A DNA stretch of 64,000 nt from Octopus sinensis (taxonomy: Eukaryota). Each line of letters starts with the position of its first letter. The stretch's first letter is position 1. The stretch spans positions 1 through 64,000 of the forward strand of contig NW_021835468.1 of assembly GCF_006345805.1 (NCBI RefSeq), written 5' to 3'. The position numbers and the translations under genes were made by a program. The notes under the pieces are model-generated. The model saw only the letters and a program-made list of their open reading frames with translations, made no database searches and was not told the DNA's origin. Below, piece by piece: positions 11,315 through 22,590 of the stretch.

Positions 11315-11730
11315 TCATCATCATCATCGTTTAACGTCCGTTTTCCATGCTAGCATGGGTTGGACGGTTCGACCGGGGTCTGGGAAGCCAGGAGGCTGCA
11401 CCAGGCTCCAGTCTGATCTAGTAATGTTTCTACAGCTGGATGCCCTTCCTAACGCCAACCCCTCCATGAGTGTAGTGGGTGCTTTTTATGTACCACTGGC
11501 ACAGGTGCCAGGGGAGGCTAGCAACGGCCATGATCGCCAGTCAAGGCGGTGCTAGCATATATATATATATACATACGCACACACACATTAGAGAAAGGGA
11601 GACACATGTGTGTGTATCTTTGTGGCTTTGTTTGTCCCCCTACCACTGCTTGACAACCATGTTGGTGTGTTTATGTCCCCATAACTTAGTGGCTCAGCAA
11701 AAGAGACTGATAGAATAAGTACTGGGTTTG
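10988..11730 (+). mobile_element. SINE family A split by an RTE tail inserted in its internal microsatellite
   Basis: 5' half 10988-11135, 3' half about 11595-11730, RTE tail at 11311-11555 between them. Confidence 0.75.
11311..11555 (-). mobile_element. RTE 3'-UTR tail copy
   Basis: Matches the 62700-62883 end of the long RTE copy (GGTTGGCGTTAGGAAGGGCATCC...(GAT)n). Confidence 0.9.
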
Positions 11731-11734
11731 ATTC

Positions 11735-12130
11735 ACATGGCTACATTCATATCACATAATTATATCATGTGATATTACTAAATTCACATCATATAGCTAC
11801 ATTCACATCACATGGCTATGTTCACATCATGTGGCCACATTCACACCACATGGCTACATTCACCGCACATTGCTACATTCACACCACATGGCTACATTCC
11901 CACAACATGAATACATTCACCTCACATTGCTACATTCACACCACATGGCTACATTCCCACAACATGAATACATTCACCTCACATTGCTACATTCACACAT
12001 GGCTACATTCCCACAACATTGCTACATTCACCTCACATTGCTACATTCATACCACATGGATACATTCACACCACATGACTACATTCACACCATATTCCTA
12101 CACTCACAACACACAGTTACATCACATCAC
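11735..12130. repeat. Minisatellite of ~17-20 bp CACATGGCTACATTCAC monomers with a 58-bp higher-order unit
   Basis: ACACCACATGGCTACATTCCCACAACATGAATACATTCACCTCACATTGCTACATTC repeated at 11881 and 11939. Confidence 0.9.
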
Positions 12131-12544
12131 CGGAAAAAAAAAACCTTCCCATTTCAAATGAACACACATGTATCCTACATGTCTATACAATAACAACAAG
12201 CTATAAAACGCAAGCCATACGAGATATTTATTCATTGTTGACCCAGCCTCACCAATAAAACAAATAATTTAATAACCATTCTCGCCTCTAATATAAACAC
12301 ACACAACACAATATATCAAACTAAGCCAGACACATTCAGAGCTATATTACAATAAGCGCCAGACATCTTTCAAACAATAAGTCTTGTAACATATTGCTCA
12401 TCATAAATCAGATTCCGACTCTAAAACAATACTTTAATGAATGTCAGTGTGTATTTGAGGAATGCAAAATATATTTATTACACACACACACACACACACA
12501 CACACGTATGTGTGTGTGTGCGCGTGTTTATCCTATTTTGATAG

Positions 12545-12715
12545 GAGGCGCAATGGCCCAGTGGTTAGGGCAGCGGACTTGCGGTCAAAGGATCGCGGTT
12601 TCGATTCCCAGACCGGGCGTTGTGAGTGTTTATTGAGCGAAAACACCTAAAAAGCTCCATGAGGCTCCGGCAGGGGATGGTGGTGATCCCTGCTGTACTC
12701 TTTCACCACAACTTT
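12545..12715 (+). mobile_element. SINE family D, 5' portion only
   Basis: Intact head that stops after CACCACAACTTT and abuts the mariner fragment. Confidence 0.9.
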
Positions 12716-13046
12716 GCATATTCAATTGAGATGTTAGGATTGCCTGCATGGACCCATACAATAGATCAACAATGTCATTGATTGTCCTCCTCCAACCCTC
12801 ATGCACAAGCTGATGAATTTTCTCCCCATTTCCGGGGGTGATGCTCACGGCAGGTCTTCTGGGTCACTCATCGTCTTCCAGGGACATTCTTCCGTTTTTA
12901 AAGCACCCGTACCACTCTAAACATTGCGTACGACCCATGGCCGTGTGGCTGTCAGCTTGCCAAAGCACGCTCGATATTTCTGTAGCAGACTTCCCAAGTT
13001 TAATGCAAAATTTCACGTTGGCCCTTGGTTCCAATTTCCTGCTCAT
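12716..13046 (-). mobile_element. mariner transposase N-terminal (HTH) pseudogene fragment
   Basis: MSRKLEPRANVKFCIKLGKSATE...WYGCFKNGRMSLEDDE*PRRP...RTINDIV...SMQAILTSQLNM follows the mariner N-terminal pattern. Confidence 0.85.
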
Positions 13047-13099
13047 GGCAAAAAATAACAGACTACAGCAGACACACAGGATCACAAAAAAAAGTAAGA

Positions 13100-13530
13100 A
13101 GGGATGTCAGGAAGGGCATCGCTGTTACACTTCCAGATGGGAAGGGTCTTCCTTTGATGCTGACATGCAATGTCTGTGCAAGACGCTGCCTCAGTAAAGC
13201 TGGACTCAAGGGTCATCTTCGTAGTCATAAAGTGAGACAGATGAGTGACAACCTGGCCACTGGTGGTGGAGTAACACACCATACTAATCATACCTGTCGG
13301 GCATGTGGAAGAGAGTGTAATTCGGCAGGAGGACTTAAACGACATGCAAAGGTACATGAAGCCCAGTTACAACTACAGCCGGCTATTACCAGTAAAGGTT
13401 TTAGTTGCCAATTTTGTACAAGACATTGTAGATCTTTAGCTGGGATAAAAAGTCACATTCGATCACAGCACCAGTAACAGTTAAGCTTCGTGCAAAGGAG
13501 GGGGAAGCCATAATAATGTATGCATGCATG
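13100..13530 (+). mobile_element. Probable LINE (RTE/BovB-like) 3' end with three C2H2 zinc fingers
   Basis: CNVCARRCLSKAGLKGHLRSH, CRACGRECNSAGGLKRHAKVH, CQFCTRHCRSLAGIKSHIRSQH*; no TGEKP linkers; short 3' end GGAAGCC(ATA)n. Confidence 0.6.
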
Positions 13531-13550
13531 TATGTATGTATGTATGTAGA

Positions 13551-13887
13551 GGCACAGGTGTGGCAGTAGGAAATTTGCTTCCTGACCATGATTCTGGGTT
13601 CAGTCCCACTTCATGGCACCTTGGGCAAGTGTCTTCAGCTATAGTCTTGGACTGACCAGGGCCTTGTGAGTGGGTTTGGTAGGAAGATGGAAACTGAAAG
13701 AAACCCATCGTATCTACGTGTATTTGTGTCACTGTTACATCTCTGTAACTTAGCAGTTCAACAAAACTGAACAATAAAACAATTACCAGGCTTTCGAAAC
13801 CAAAAAGTACTGGATTCGATTCCTTTGACTCAAAATTCTTCAAGTTGCTGCTCCAGCATGGCCACAGTCTAATGACTAGAACAAGTA
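13551..13887 (+). mobile_element. SINE family A, older copy
   Basis: Diverged match to family A. Confidence 0.8.
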
Positions 13888-14071
13888 GACTTTCGGAAAC
13901 ATTTTTTCACGCTCAGAGTTGCTGAAGCATGGAATAAACTGCCTGCGTCAGTTGTTGACTACCATGACACTGCAACCTTTAAGGCCCTCATGCTTTCCGA
14001 AATCCGCCGAAACTACACCTGATTATATATACACTTTAGATGAGTTGTAGTGCACCTGAGCACTGTACACA

Positions 14072-14107
<36 letters not shown>
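13888..14107 (+). mobile_element. CR1-like LINE 3' fragment with (ATT)n tail
   Basis: DFRKHFFTLRVAEAWNKLPASVV...FKAL* resembles the CR1 ORF2 C-terminus (FF..RV...WN.LP..VV). Confidence 0.85.
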
Positions 14108-14109
<2 letters not shown>

Positions 14110-14820
14110 AAGGTAAAATGCAAATATTCTGATTCGAAATGGCAGGAATTTTCATGGAAACAAGGAAAACTAAGATGAAGACTGTTAGAATTTTCACTCA
14201 ATTTTTGTAACCTTTGTTACAAGGAGAATATTTAATTTGGTAAATTTATTTATTCCAAATTGGATTTCATAAACAAAAGCAATTGTCTGGCTTCTACAGT
14301 TTATCAAATTTGTTCTACAACATAACAGGATGCAGAGTGTACTGATGTTCCTACTGAAGAAATTATTCCAGAGAAATGCCCAAATTCCAAATTTCATAGA
14401 CTCCCTGTTTTATCTAAAAGCAAGGATAAACATTGGCACAACATAAAATTTTGGTAAAATAGGTAAGAACTTTTGGTTTTGTTTATTTATTTATCTATCT
14501 ATTTATTTATTTTTCTCCAATAATTTAATTGATCTGAATTGGTAAACAACTCTTTGAGTGGAAGAATCATGTGAATTCCCTAACAGGAATCAAATCACGT
14601 ATATTTTACCGATTAAACAAGTATAAATGCAGAGGATGGACATTTCTGCAATATAAATATTTATTAGCTTCACAAATCATTTAATACTTAGGAAATTGCT
14701 TAGCAAGCAAACAAACTTGGTCAAAACCAAACTCTGATTTATCCATTTTTTTTTATTATTTTCAATTCGTTTTTTTTTTTTTTGAAGTTTTAAATGAATT
14801 TCTGTCGCCATTCTTCTTCC

Positions 14821-15660
14821 ATAATAATCAGATTCACATTGAGAATGGCTTTACAGGAATATTAACATGTTAACTGCCACATATATCACTGGTACTTCAT
14901 CACAAACTTCACACAACTGCTGGTGGCACACTTTCATAATCTGAGAAAATATTTTATTCATCATCATCATCATCATCATCATTTAGCGTCCGCTTTCCAT
15001 GCTAGCATGGGTTGGACGGTTCAACTGGGGTCTGTGAAGCTGGAAGGCTTCATCAGGCCCAGTCTGATCTGGCAGTGTTTCTACGGCTGGATGCCCTTCC
15101 TAACGCCAACCACTCCGTGAGTGTAGTGGGTGCTTTTTACGTGCCACCCGCACAGGTGCCAGACAGAGCTGGCAAACAGCCATGAACGGATGGTGCTTTT
15201 ACGTGCCACCAACACGGGGGCCAGACAGAGCTGGCAAACGGCCACGAAACGGATGGTGCTTTTACGTGTCACTGGCACGGGGGCCAGGCGAGGCTGGCAA
15301 CGGCCACGAACGGATGGTGCTTTTACGTGCCACCAACACGGGGGCCAGACAGAGCTGGCAAACGGCCACGAACGGATGGTGCTTTTACGTGTTACTGGCA
15401 CGGGGGCCAGGCGAGGCTGGCAACGGCCACGAAACGGATGGTGCTTTTACGTGTCACTGGCACGGGGGCCAGGCAAGGCTGGCAACGGACACGAACGGAT
15501 GGTGCTTTTACGTGCCACCAAAATAATAATCACATTCACATTGAGAATGGTTTTACAGGAATATTAACATGTTAACTGCCACATATATCGCTGGTACTTC
15601 ATCACACACTTCACACAACTGCTGGTGGCACACTTTCATAATCTGAGAAAATATTTTATT
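14821..15660 (-). mobile_element. RTE 3' tail (14959-15522) flanked by a 138-bp direct repeat
   Basis: 14821-14958 and 15523-15660 are identical except for 4 substitutions. Confidence 0.92.
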
Positions 15661-15729
15661 CTGTATCTTTGAAAATGGTTTCGAGGATTTTTAAATAAAC
15701 TTGAGTGCTAAATATTGGTTTCAGATTTT

Positions 15730-15935
15730 AGCACAAGGCCGGCAATTTGGGGGGAGGGGCTAAGTTGATTACATTGACCTGAGTGACCAACGGGTACTTG
15801 TTTTATCAACCTCGAAAGGATGAAAGGCAAAACTGACCTCGGTGGAATTTGAACTCAGAATGTGAAGATAGGCAAAATGCTGCTGAACATTTTGCCCAGC
15901 ATGTTAACAATTTTACCATCTCACCATCTTTGAGG
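15730..15935 (-). mobile_element. SINE family B, older variant
   Basis: Reverse complement of the B core. Confidence 0.75.
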
Positions 15936-15959
15936 GTTAAATATTAATGCTTAATTATA

Positions 15960-16295
15960 AAGACCCCCTTCAATCATGAATGACCATGGGACTGCACCTA
16001 GAAAGTTCCCCTCCAAGGCACAAGTCCAAGCAAGGTTCTTTATGGAAGACCAGCAGTCATCCATGCATACCAGCCTCCCCTCTCTAAGCCACTGATGTTA
16101 TCCAAGGGAAAGGCAAAGGGGCTGATACAGCTTGAAACCAGAGGCATCACAACTCATTTCTACAGCTGAGTGAACTGCAGCAATGTGAAATAAGTGCCTT
16201 GCTCAAGGACACAACACACAGCCCGGTCCAGGAATCAAACTCACTACCTCATGATTGTGAGCCTGGTGCTCTAACCACTGAACCATGCACCTTCA
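15960..16295 (-). mobile_element. SINE family E (tRNA head plus CORE-like domain)
   Basis: Minus strand GTGTCCTTGAGCAAGGCACTTATTTCAC...CTCAGCTGTAGAAATGAG resembles the MIR/CORE domain; second copy at 49195. Confidence 0.8.
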
Positions 16296-16589
16296 CAATT
16301 AAACAGAAAGTTTAATTATGAAATATAGTACAAATGCGAAAGAAATTACATTTCCCTGTAATTAAACATTATGCAGTGTGGTTGCAAAAACGTGGTATCA
16401 CCGGTCAATTCCAGTAACAGGCCAGAGTGGTTTAACATGCTAAACTAAGAGTTGTACTTGACCGATATTTAATTTCATCAGGTTGGAAAAAGTTTTAAGA
16501 TGATTTGTAAAAATACTAAAATAATCTCAGCACTTGACTGTTTCTTAGTTCTATCAACCCCCACAAGGTAAAGTTTTGAACCTGGCAGG

Positions 16590-17385
16590 ATTTGAACTCA
16601 TCCAGCCATACTCCTCACTCCTTTGTCCTCGTTCTCTCTTGTATTCATCTTGAGGGTATTGCCATGACACCCTCATCACTCCCTTGTCCCCATTCCCCTT
16701 GTATTCATCTTGAGGGTATGACCATGACGACCCTCATCACTTCCCTTGTCCCCCTCTTCCCCTCCCTTGTATTTGTATTCTCTTGAGGGTAATGCCCTGA
16801 CAAAACCCCATCACTCCCTTGTGCCCCCCCATCTCCCTTGTATTCATCGTGAGAGGTAGGCATGACCATGGGACACCCTCATCACTTGACTCCCTTGTCC
16901 CCATCCCTCCCCTTCCCTCCTCCCATATTTGTTCATCTTGAGGGTATGCCATGACACCCTCAATCACACCCCTTGTCCCTTGTCCCCATTCCTCCTTCCC
17001 TTGTATTCATCTTGAGGGTATGCCATGACAAAGGAAAAGAAAACCCTCATCACTCACACTCCCTTCCCGTCCCCATTCTCCCTTGCATTCATCTTGATGG
17101 TAGCCATGACACGCCCTCATCAATCCCTTGTCCCCATTCTCCCCCCCCCCCCCCTTGGCATTCATCTTGAGGGTATGCCATGACACCCTCATCACTCCCT
17201 TGTCCCCATTCTCCCTTGTATTCATCTTGAGGGTATGCCATGACACCCTCATCACTCCCTTGTCCCCATTCTCCCTTGTATTCATCTTGAGGGTATGCCA
17301 TGACACCCTCATCACTCCCTTGTCCCCATTCTCCCTTGTATTCATCTTGAGGGTATGCCATGACTCCCTCATCACTACCATCTTT
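16590..17385. repeat. 60-bp minisatellite
   Basis: Unit CTCCCTTGTATTCATCTTGAGGGTATGCCATGACACCCTCATCACTCCCTTGTCCCCATT; about 3.5 near-perfect copies at 17160-17370, diverged copies upstream. Confidence 0.93.
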
Positions 17386-17429
17386 TCTCACTTCCCTATT
17401 CGGTTATTCATACATATCCTCTACAGTAA

Positions 17430-17650
17430 AACACCTGATCTAAATCAAAAACTTCCATCAACATTTCAGGTTAATTTATCTTCCAGACATCAGATTAATT
17501 ACAACAAAGTTCTTTTACTAAATTCTTCGTTATTTTTGAAAATTAATTGGAACAATAGCAGTGTATTTCAACGGAGATATGGTAACAAAAGGGTTAAAGT
17601 AATCTAGATTAAAACATTCCATCAAAATTTCACGTTATGTTCTAGACCTC
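17430..17650. mobile_element. AT-rich MITE-like repeat ending ATGGTAACAAAAGGGTTAA
   Basis: Related pieces at 18455-19075 and 38185-38320; GGG|TTAA terminus. Confidence 0.6.
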
Positions 17651-18215
17651 ATCATCATCATCACCATTTAACATCCGCTTTCCATGCTAGCATGGGATGG
17701 ACGATTTGACTGAGGTCTGGCAAACCATGGCTGCACCAAACTCCAATCTGTTTAGATCACTTTAACCCTTTTGTTACCATATTTCTGTTGAAATTACACT
17801 ACATCATCATTTTTTTTAGCGTCCGCTTTCCATGCTAGCATGGGTTGGACGGTTTAACTGGGGTCTGTGAAGCCGGAAGGCTTCATCAGGCCCAGTCAGA
17901 TTTGGCAGTGTTTCTACACCTGGATGCCCTTCCTAATGCTAATCACTCCAAGAGTGTAGTGGGAGCTTTTAAGTGCCACTGGCACGAGGGCCAGTCAGGC
18001 AGTACTGGCAACGGCCACTCTCAAATGGTGCTTTTTATGTGCCACCTCAAATGTTTTTTCACGTGCCACCAGCACAAGTGCCAGTAAGGCGACACAGGTA
18101 ACGATCATGCTCGTATGGTGTCTTTTACCTGCCACCGACACGGAGACCAGCTTGTTGCTCTGGTAACAATCATGATCGTATGGTACTCTTAGCGCTCCAC
18201 TAGCATGGATGCCAG
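17651..18215 (-). mobile_element. Older RTE tail interrupted by an inverted templated insertion (17750-17905)
   Basis: Old copy reads ...CTCCAATCTG then resumes ATTTGGCAGTG...; the insert is the reverse complement of 18718-18872. Confidence 0.8.
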
Positions 18216-18494
18216 TAGACATGAGTTTAATAATTGTTTCAAATTTTGGCAGAAGGCTGGAGGTTTGGGGAAAGGGGTGATCTTGATTACATCAACCCCA
18301 GTATTCAACTGGTACTTATTTGATTGACCCCCCCCCCCCCAAGGATAAAAGGCAAAGTTGGCCCCAGTGGAATTTGAACTCGGAACGTAAAGATGGATAA
18401 AATACTGATAAGCATTTTGCCAAGCATGCTAACAATTCTGCCAGCTCACTGCTTTAGACACTTTCTTCATTATTTTCAAAATGAATTAAAACGA

Positions 18495-18820
18495 AGAGCC
18501 TCGCCTGGCCCCTGTGCCGGTAGCACGTAAAAGCACCATCCGTTCGTGTCCGTTGCCAGCCACGCCTGGCCCCCGTGCCGGTGGCACGTAAAAACACCAT
18601 CCGTTCGTGGCCGTTTGCCAGCTCTGTCTGGCACCTGTGCAGGTGGCACGTAAAAAGCACCCACTACTCTCACGGAGTGGTTGGCGTTAGGAAGGGCATC
18701 CAGCCGTAGAAACACTACCAAATCTGACTGGGCCTGATGAAGCCTTCTGGCTTCACAGACCCCAGTTAAACCGTCCAACCCATGCTAGCATGGAAAACGG
18801 ACGCTAAAAAAATGATGATG
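18495..18820 (+). mobile_element. RTE 3' tail inserted into a MITE
   Basis: Ends (GAT)n; MITE sequence continues on both sides. Confidence 0.88.
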
Positions 18821-19766
18821 TAGTGTAATTTCAACAGAAATATGGTAACAAAAGGGTTAAAGTGATCTAAACTAAAATCTTTCATTAAAATTTCTTGCTA
18901 ATTCATGTTTTAAACTCCAGTTCAATAATGACAAATTATTTTGCTAAATTCTTCATTATATTCAAAATTAATTGGAACAAAGTCCATGTATTTCAAGAGA
19001 AATATAGTAACCTAAGGGTCAGATGTAAGGAAAAACTTGAAATTTTAAGGGTACTTGAGTCTGAAAGGGTTAAGATATTGATAACAGAGTTTTTAGTTAG
19101 AATAATTAACTATAATAGCCTATTTCACAGAACTGTTGACATGAATTCCAAAATTGGCAACGAAGTTTAAAAGACAAATATGGATTTAGAAGGAAACAAA
19201 AATGGAAGCATGTGTTGTTGTGTTGTCTTTTCTTTCTTTGGTAACCAGACATTTTGGTTGAAGCCTAAATAAAGCCGAAATTCTATGAACTAAATAACCA
19301 AATTTTAATTTTAAATTTGATAATTTGCTCAAGTTAGTAAACTTAAATATCTGCCATGGAAAAACTAACAAACCAGCCGCATTTCTAAATCTGTCATTTT
19401 AAACAAATTTACGGCACTTCCAGTGATTTTTATGAGCAAACAATGAGGAAATATCAAAAATTTATTTCTTCAAACTTGATGTGTTTGTCATTTTAATTGG
19501 GAATCGGTTATTTTTCAATGGAAACTAATAAATCAAGCAAGAATAAACATCACCAACAAGAAATTCACAAGTAATTGGAACAAAATGGCCAGGAACCATC
19601 ATTAAATTTACATTGCAAATTTCATTTGATTTCAGGAGTTATTAGGAAAATTGTTTGGTTTTTTTCCAGACAGTTTAACTTCATCCTCTTCATCTTCGTC
19701 GTTTCTGGTTTGTTTCATTGATTTTTGATCAATAAGGTTTCCTTGATTATCTTCAGGTGATTATTT

Positions 19767-19769
<3 letters not shown>

Positions 19770-19820
<51 letters not shown>

Positions 19821-20020
19821 ATTATTGTCATCGTTATAATCATCGTCATCATCATCATCATAATTAACATCGTTATTTTCACTGTTGTCTTTGTCATCAT
19901 CATCAATCATCAGTCAACATCAATAGCATCATCATCACCATTGTTGTTGTCATCTGCATCCTCACCATCCTCCTCCTCCTCAACATCATCATCATCAAGG
20001 TCATCATCATCACCACTACC
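19770..20020. repeat. (CA)n followed by (CAT)n microsatellites
   Basis: Direct inspection. Confidence 0.9.
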
Positions 20021-20024
20021 TATT

Positions 20025-20505
20025 TCTTTATTACCCACAGGGGGTTAAACACAGAGAGGACAAACAAGGACAGACAAACGGATTAAGTCGATTATATCGA
20101 CCCCAGTGCATAACTGGTACTTAATTTATCATATATAAGGCAGTGAGCTGGCAGAAACGTTAGCACGCCGGGCGAAATGTTTAGCCGTATTTCGTCTGTC
20201 GTTACGTTGAGTTCAAATTTCGCCAAGGACGACTTTGCCTTTCATCCTTTCGGGGTTGATAAATTAAGTACCAGTTACGCACTGGGGTCGATGTAATCGA
20301 CTTAATACCTATGTCTGCCCTTGTTTGTCCCCTCTATGTTTAGCTCCTTGTGGGTAATAAAGAAATAGGTACTTAATTTATCAACCCCGAAACGATGAAA
20401 GGCAAAGTCGACCTCAGCGGAATTTGAACTCAGGACGTAACAGCAGATGAAATACGGTACGCATTTCGCCCAGCGTTCTGATGATTCTGCCAGCTGGCCG
20501 CCTTA
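20025..20505. mobile_element. Family B SINE (+, 20137-20370) nested in a family B SINE (-)
   Basis: Minus-strand copy halves at 20025-20135 and 20371-20505. Confidence 0.85.
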
Positions 20506-20917
20506 AATCACCACCACCATCATCACCATCACCATCGTTTTCATCTTTACTCTCCCCACCCACCACCGGCTGATGTAGCTCAGATGACCAATCACCTCCT
20601 TTTATGGGAAACTTGGTTTTCTATCCAAGACATCTTATTTCAAGGATTCCATTACACTCATTTCAAATTTTGACCCTTAGTGGGGACGGAATAAAGTCAA
20701 TTACATCGATCCCAGTGTTTCACTGGTACTAAATTTATTGACCCCTGAAAGAATGACAAGCAGAGTCGACCTCAGCAGGATTTGAACTCATAACATAAAG
20801 ACAGACAACATGCCACAAACCATTTTGTATGAGATGCTAATGATACTGCCAGCTCTCTGGCTTAAGCGGTTTAATTATATTCCAATACATAAGAACTCAA
20901 GCTTTTAGGGAGCTCAT

Positions 20918-20962
20918 GTGATATCCATACATACATACATATGCATATATATATATATGTGC

Positions 20963-20994
<32 letters not shown>

Positions 20995-21009
20995 GTATAT
21001 ATATGTATG

Positions 21010-21055
<46 letters not shown>

Positions 21056-21194
21056 TATATATATATATGTATATATATGTATGTATATATATATATATAT
21101 GTGTGTGTGCGTATATATATGTGTATATGTATATATATATGTATATATATATATATGTGTATATATATGTATGTGTATATATATATATATATAT

Positions 21195-21226
<32 letters not shown>

Positions 21227-21298
21227 TATACACATATATGTGGCTGTGTGGTATATACATATACATATATGCATATGTATATGTATGTGTGTGTGTAT
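20918..21298. repeat. (TA)n/(TG)n microsatellite
   Basis: Direct inspection. Confidence 0.95.
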
Positions 21299-21496
21299 TC
21301 TTTCTTTTACTTGGGTCAGTCATTTGATTGACTGTGGGCCTGCAGGAACAAATCAACCTTATTTCTTAAGCCTAGAGCTTATTTTGCTGAGCTCTTGCTA
21401 AACCACTGAGTTACATGGACATAAACACACCAACACCAGTTGTCAAGCAGTGATAGGGGTGACAAACACAAGCACAAAGGCACACACATATATATA

Positions 21497-21666
21497 TAAA
21501 AGCACCCACTACACTCATGGAGTGGTTGGCGTTAGGAAGGGCATCCAGCCGTAGAAACACTGCCAGATCTGACTGGGCCTGATGCAGCCTTCTGGCTTCA
21601 CAGACTCCAGTTGAATCGTCCAACCCATGCCAGCATGGAAAACGGACGCTAAATGATGATGATGAT
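21497..21666 (+). mobile_element. RTE 3' tail
   Basis: AAAAGCACCCACTACACTC...GGACGCTAAA(TGA)n. Confidence 0.9.
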
Positions 21667-21668
21667 AT

Positions 21669-22000
21669 TGTTGTAGTGAAAATTGTACTCCCCTTCCCAC
21701 ATGACAAAGTGGTATGACTCAGCCATTATAAAGTCAGACAGTCAGTTTGTTGTAGGAGGTCAGTAGTAGCAGAGTTGTTGTATGAGTTCTCAGTTGGAGT
21801 CAGTGTCAGTTACGCGATATATACGAGTTCAAGTTAGTGTCAAGGTAGATGTTTCAATGTCATTGTCTGATGGAGCTATCAGCGATAGCACAACAGACGA
21901 GTCAAAGATACTAAGATGCAGAATACCTCCACAGCATAGTAGTGCTGACAAGAATATCATAGAGCTGACAATAACATACATGTGGACGAGGATCTACATC
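21669..22000. mobile_element. Possible solo LTR
   Basis: TGTTGTAG...CTACATCA near-inverted termini and TATAAA at about 21727; no clear TSD. Confidence 0.3.
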
Positions 22001-22116
22001 ATAACATACACACACACACACACACATATATATAACAGATTTCATTCAGTTTCTCTCTACAAAATCCACTCAGAAAGCTTTGGTCGGCCCGAGGCTATAC
22101 TGTTTACTGTTTTACT

Positions 22117-22590
22117 TGTTTCAGTCATTTGACTGCGGCCATGCTGGAGCACCGCCTTTAGTCGAGCAAGTCGACCCCGGGACTTATTCCTTGTAAGCCC
22201 AGTACTTATTCTATCGGTCTCTTTTGCTGAACCGCTAAGTTACGGGGACGTAAACACACCAGCATCGGTTATCAAGCAATGTTGGGGGGACAAATACAAA
22301 CACACACATATATATATATACATATATACGATGGGCTTCTTTCAGTTTCCGTCTACCAAATCCACTCACAAGGCTTTGGTCGGCCCAAGGCTATAGTAGA
22401 AGACACTTGCCCAAGGTGCCACGCAGTGGGACTGAATCCGGAACCATGTGGTTGGTAAGCAAGCTACTTACCACACAGCCACTCCTGCGCCTATAGTGGA
22501 AGACACTTGCCTAAAGTGCCATGTAATGGGACTGAACCTGGAACCATGTGGTTGTGAAGCTTCTTACCACACAACCACTCATGCGCCTAT
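22117..22590 (-). mobile_element. SINE family A, full copy plus an adjacent extra 5' fragment
   Basis: Full copy 22117-22492; second head 22493-22590. Confidence 0.88.

Noticed and set aside
14329-14460. Possible exon DAECTDVPTEEIIPEKCPNSKFHRL...
   Set aside because: Weak polypyrimidine tract, ambiguous donor, in-frame stop before the stronger donor
15081-15575. Repetitive ORFs and a spacer-repeat look
   Set aside because: Tandem 62-bp units of the RTE 3' UTR with no unique spacers; eukaryotic, not CRISPR
17007-17391. Met/Tyr/Asp/Gly-rich 20-aa repeat ORFs, reminiscent of reflectin or structural proteins
   Set aside because: The 60-bp unit keeps several frames open on both strands; no reflectin MD(X)5MD motif and no gene context
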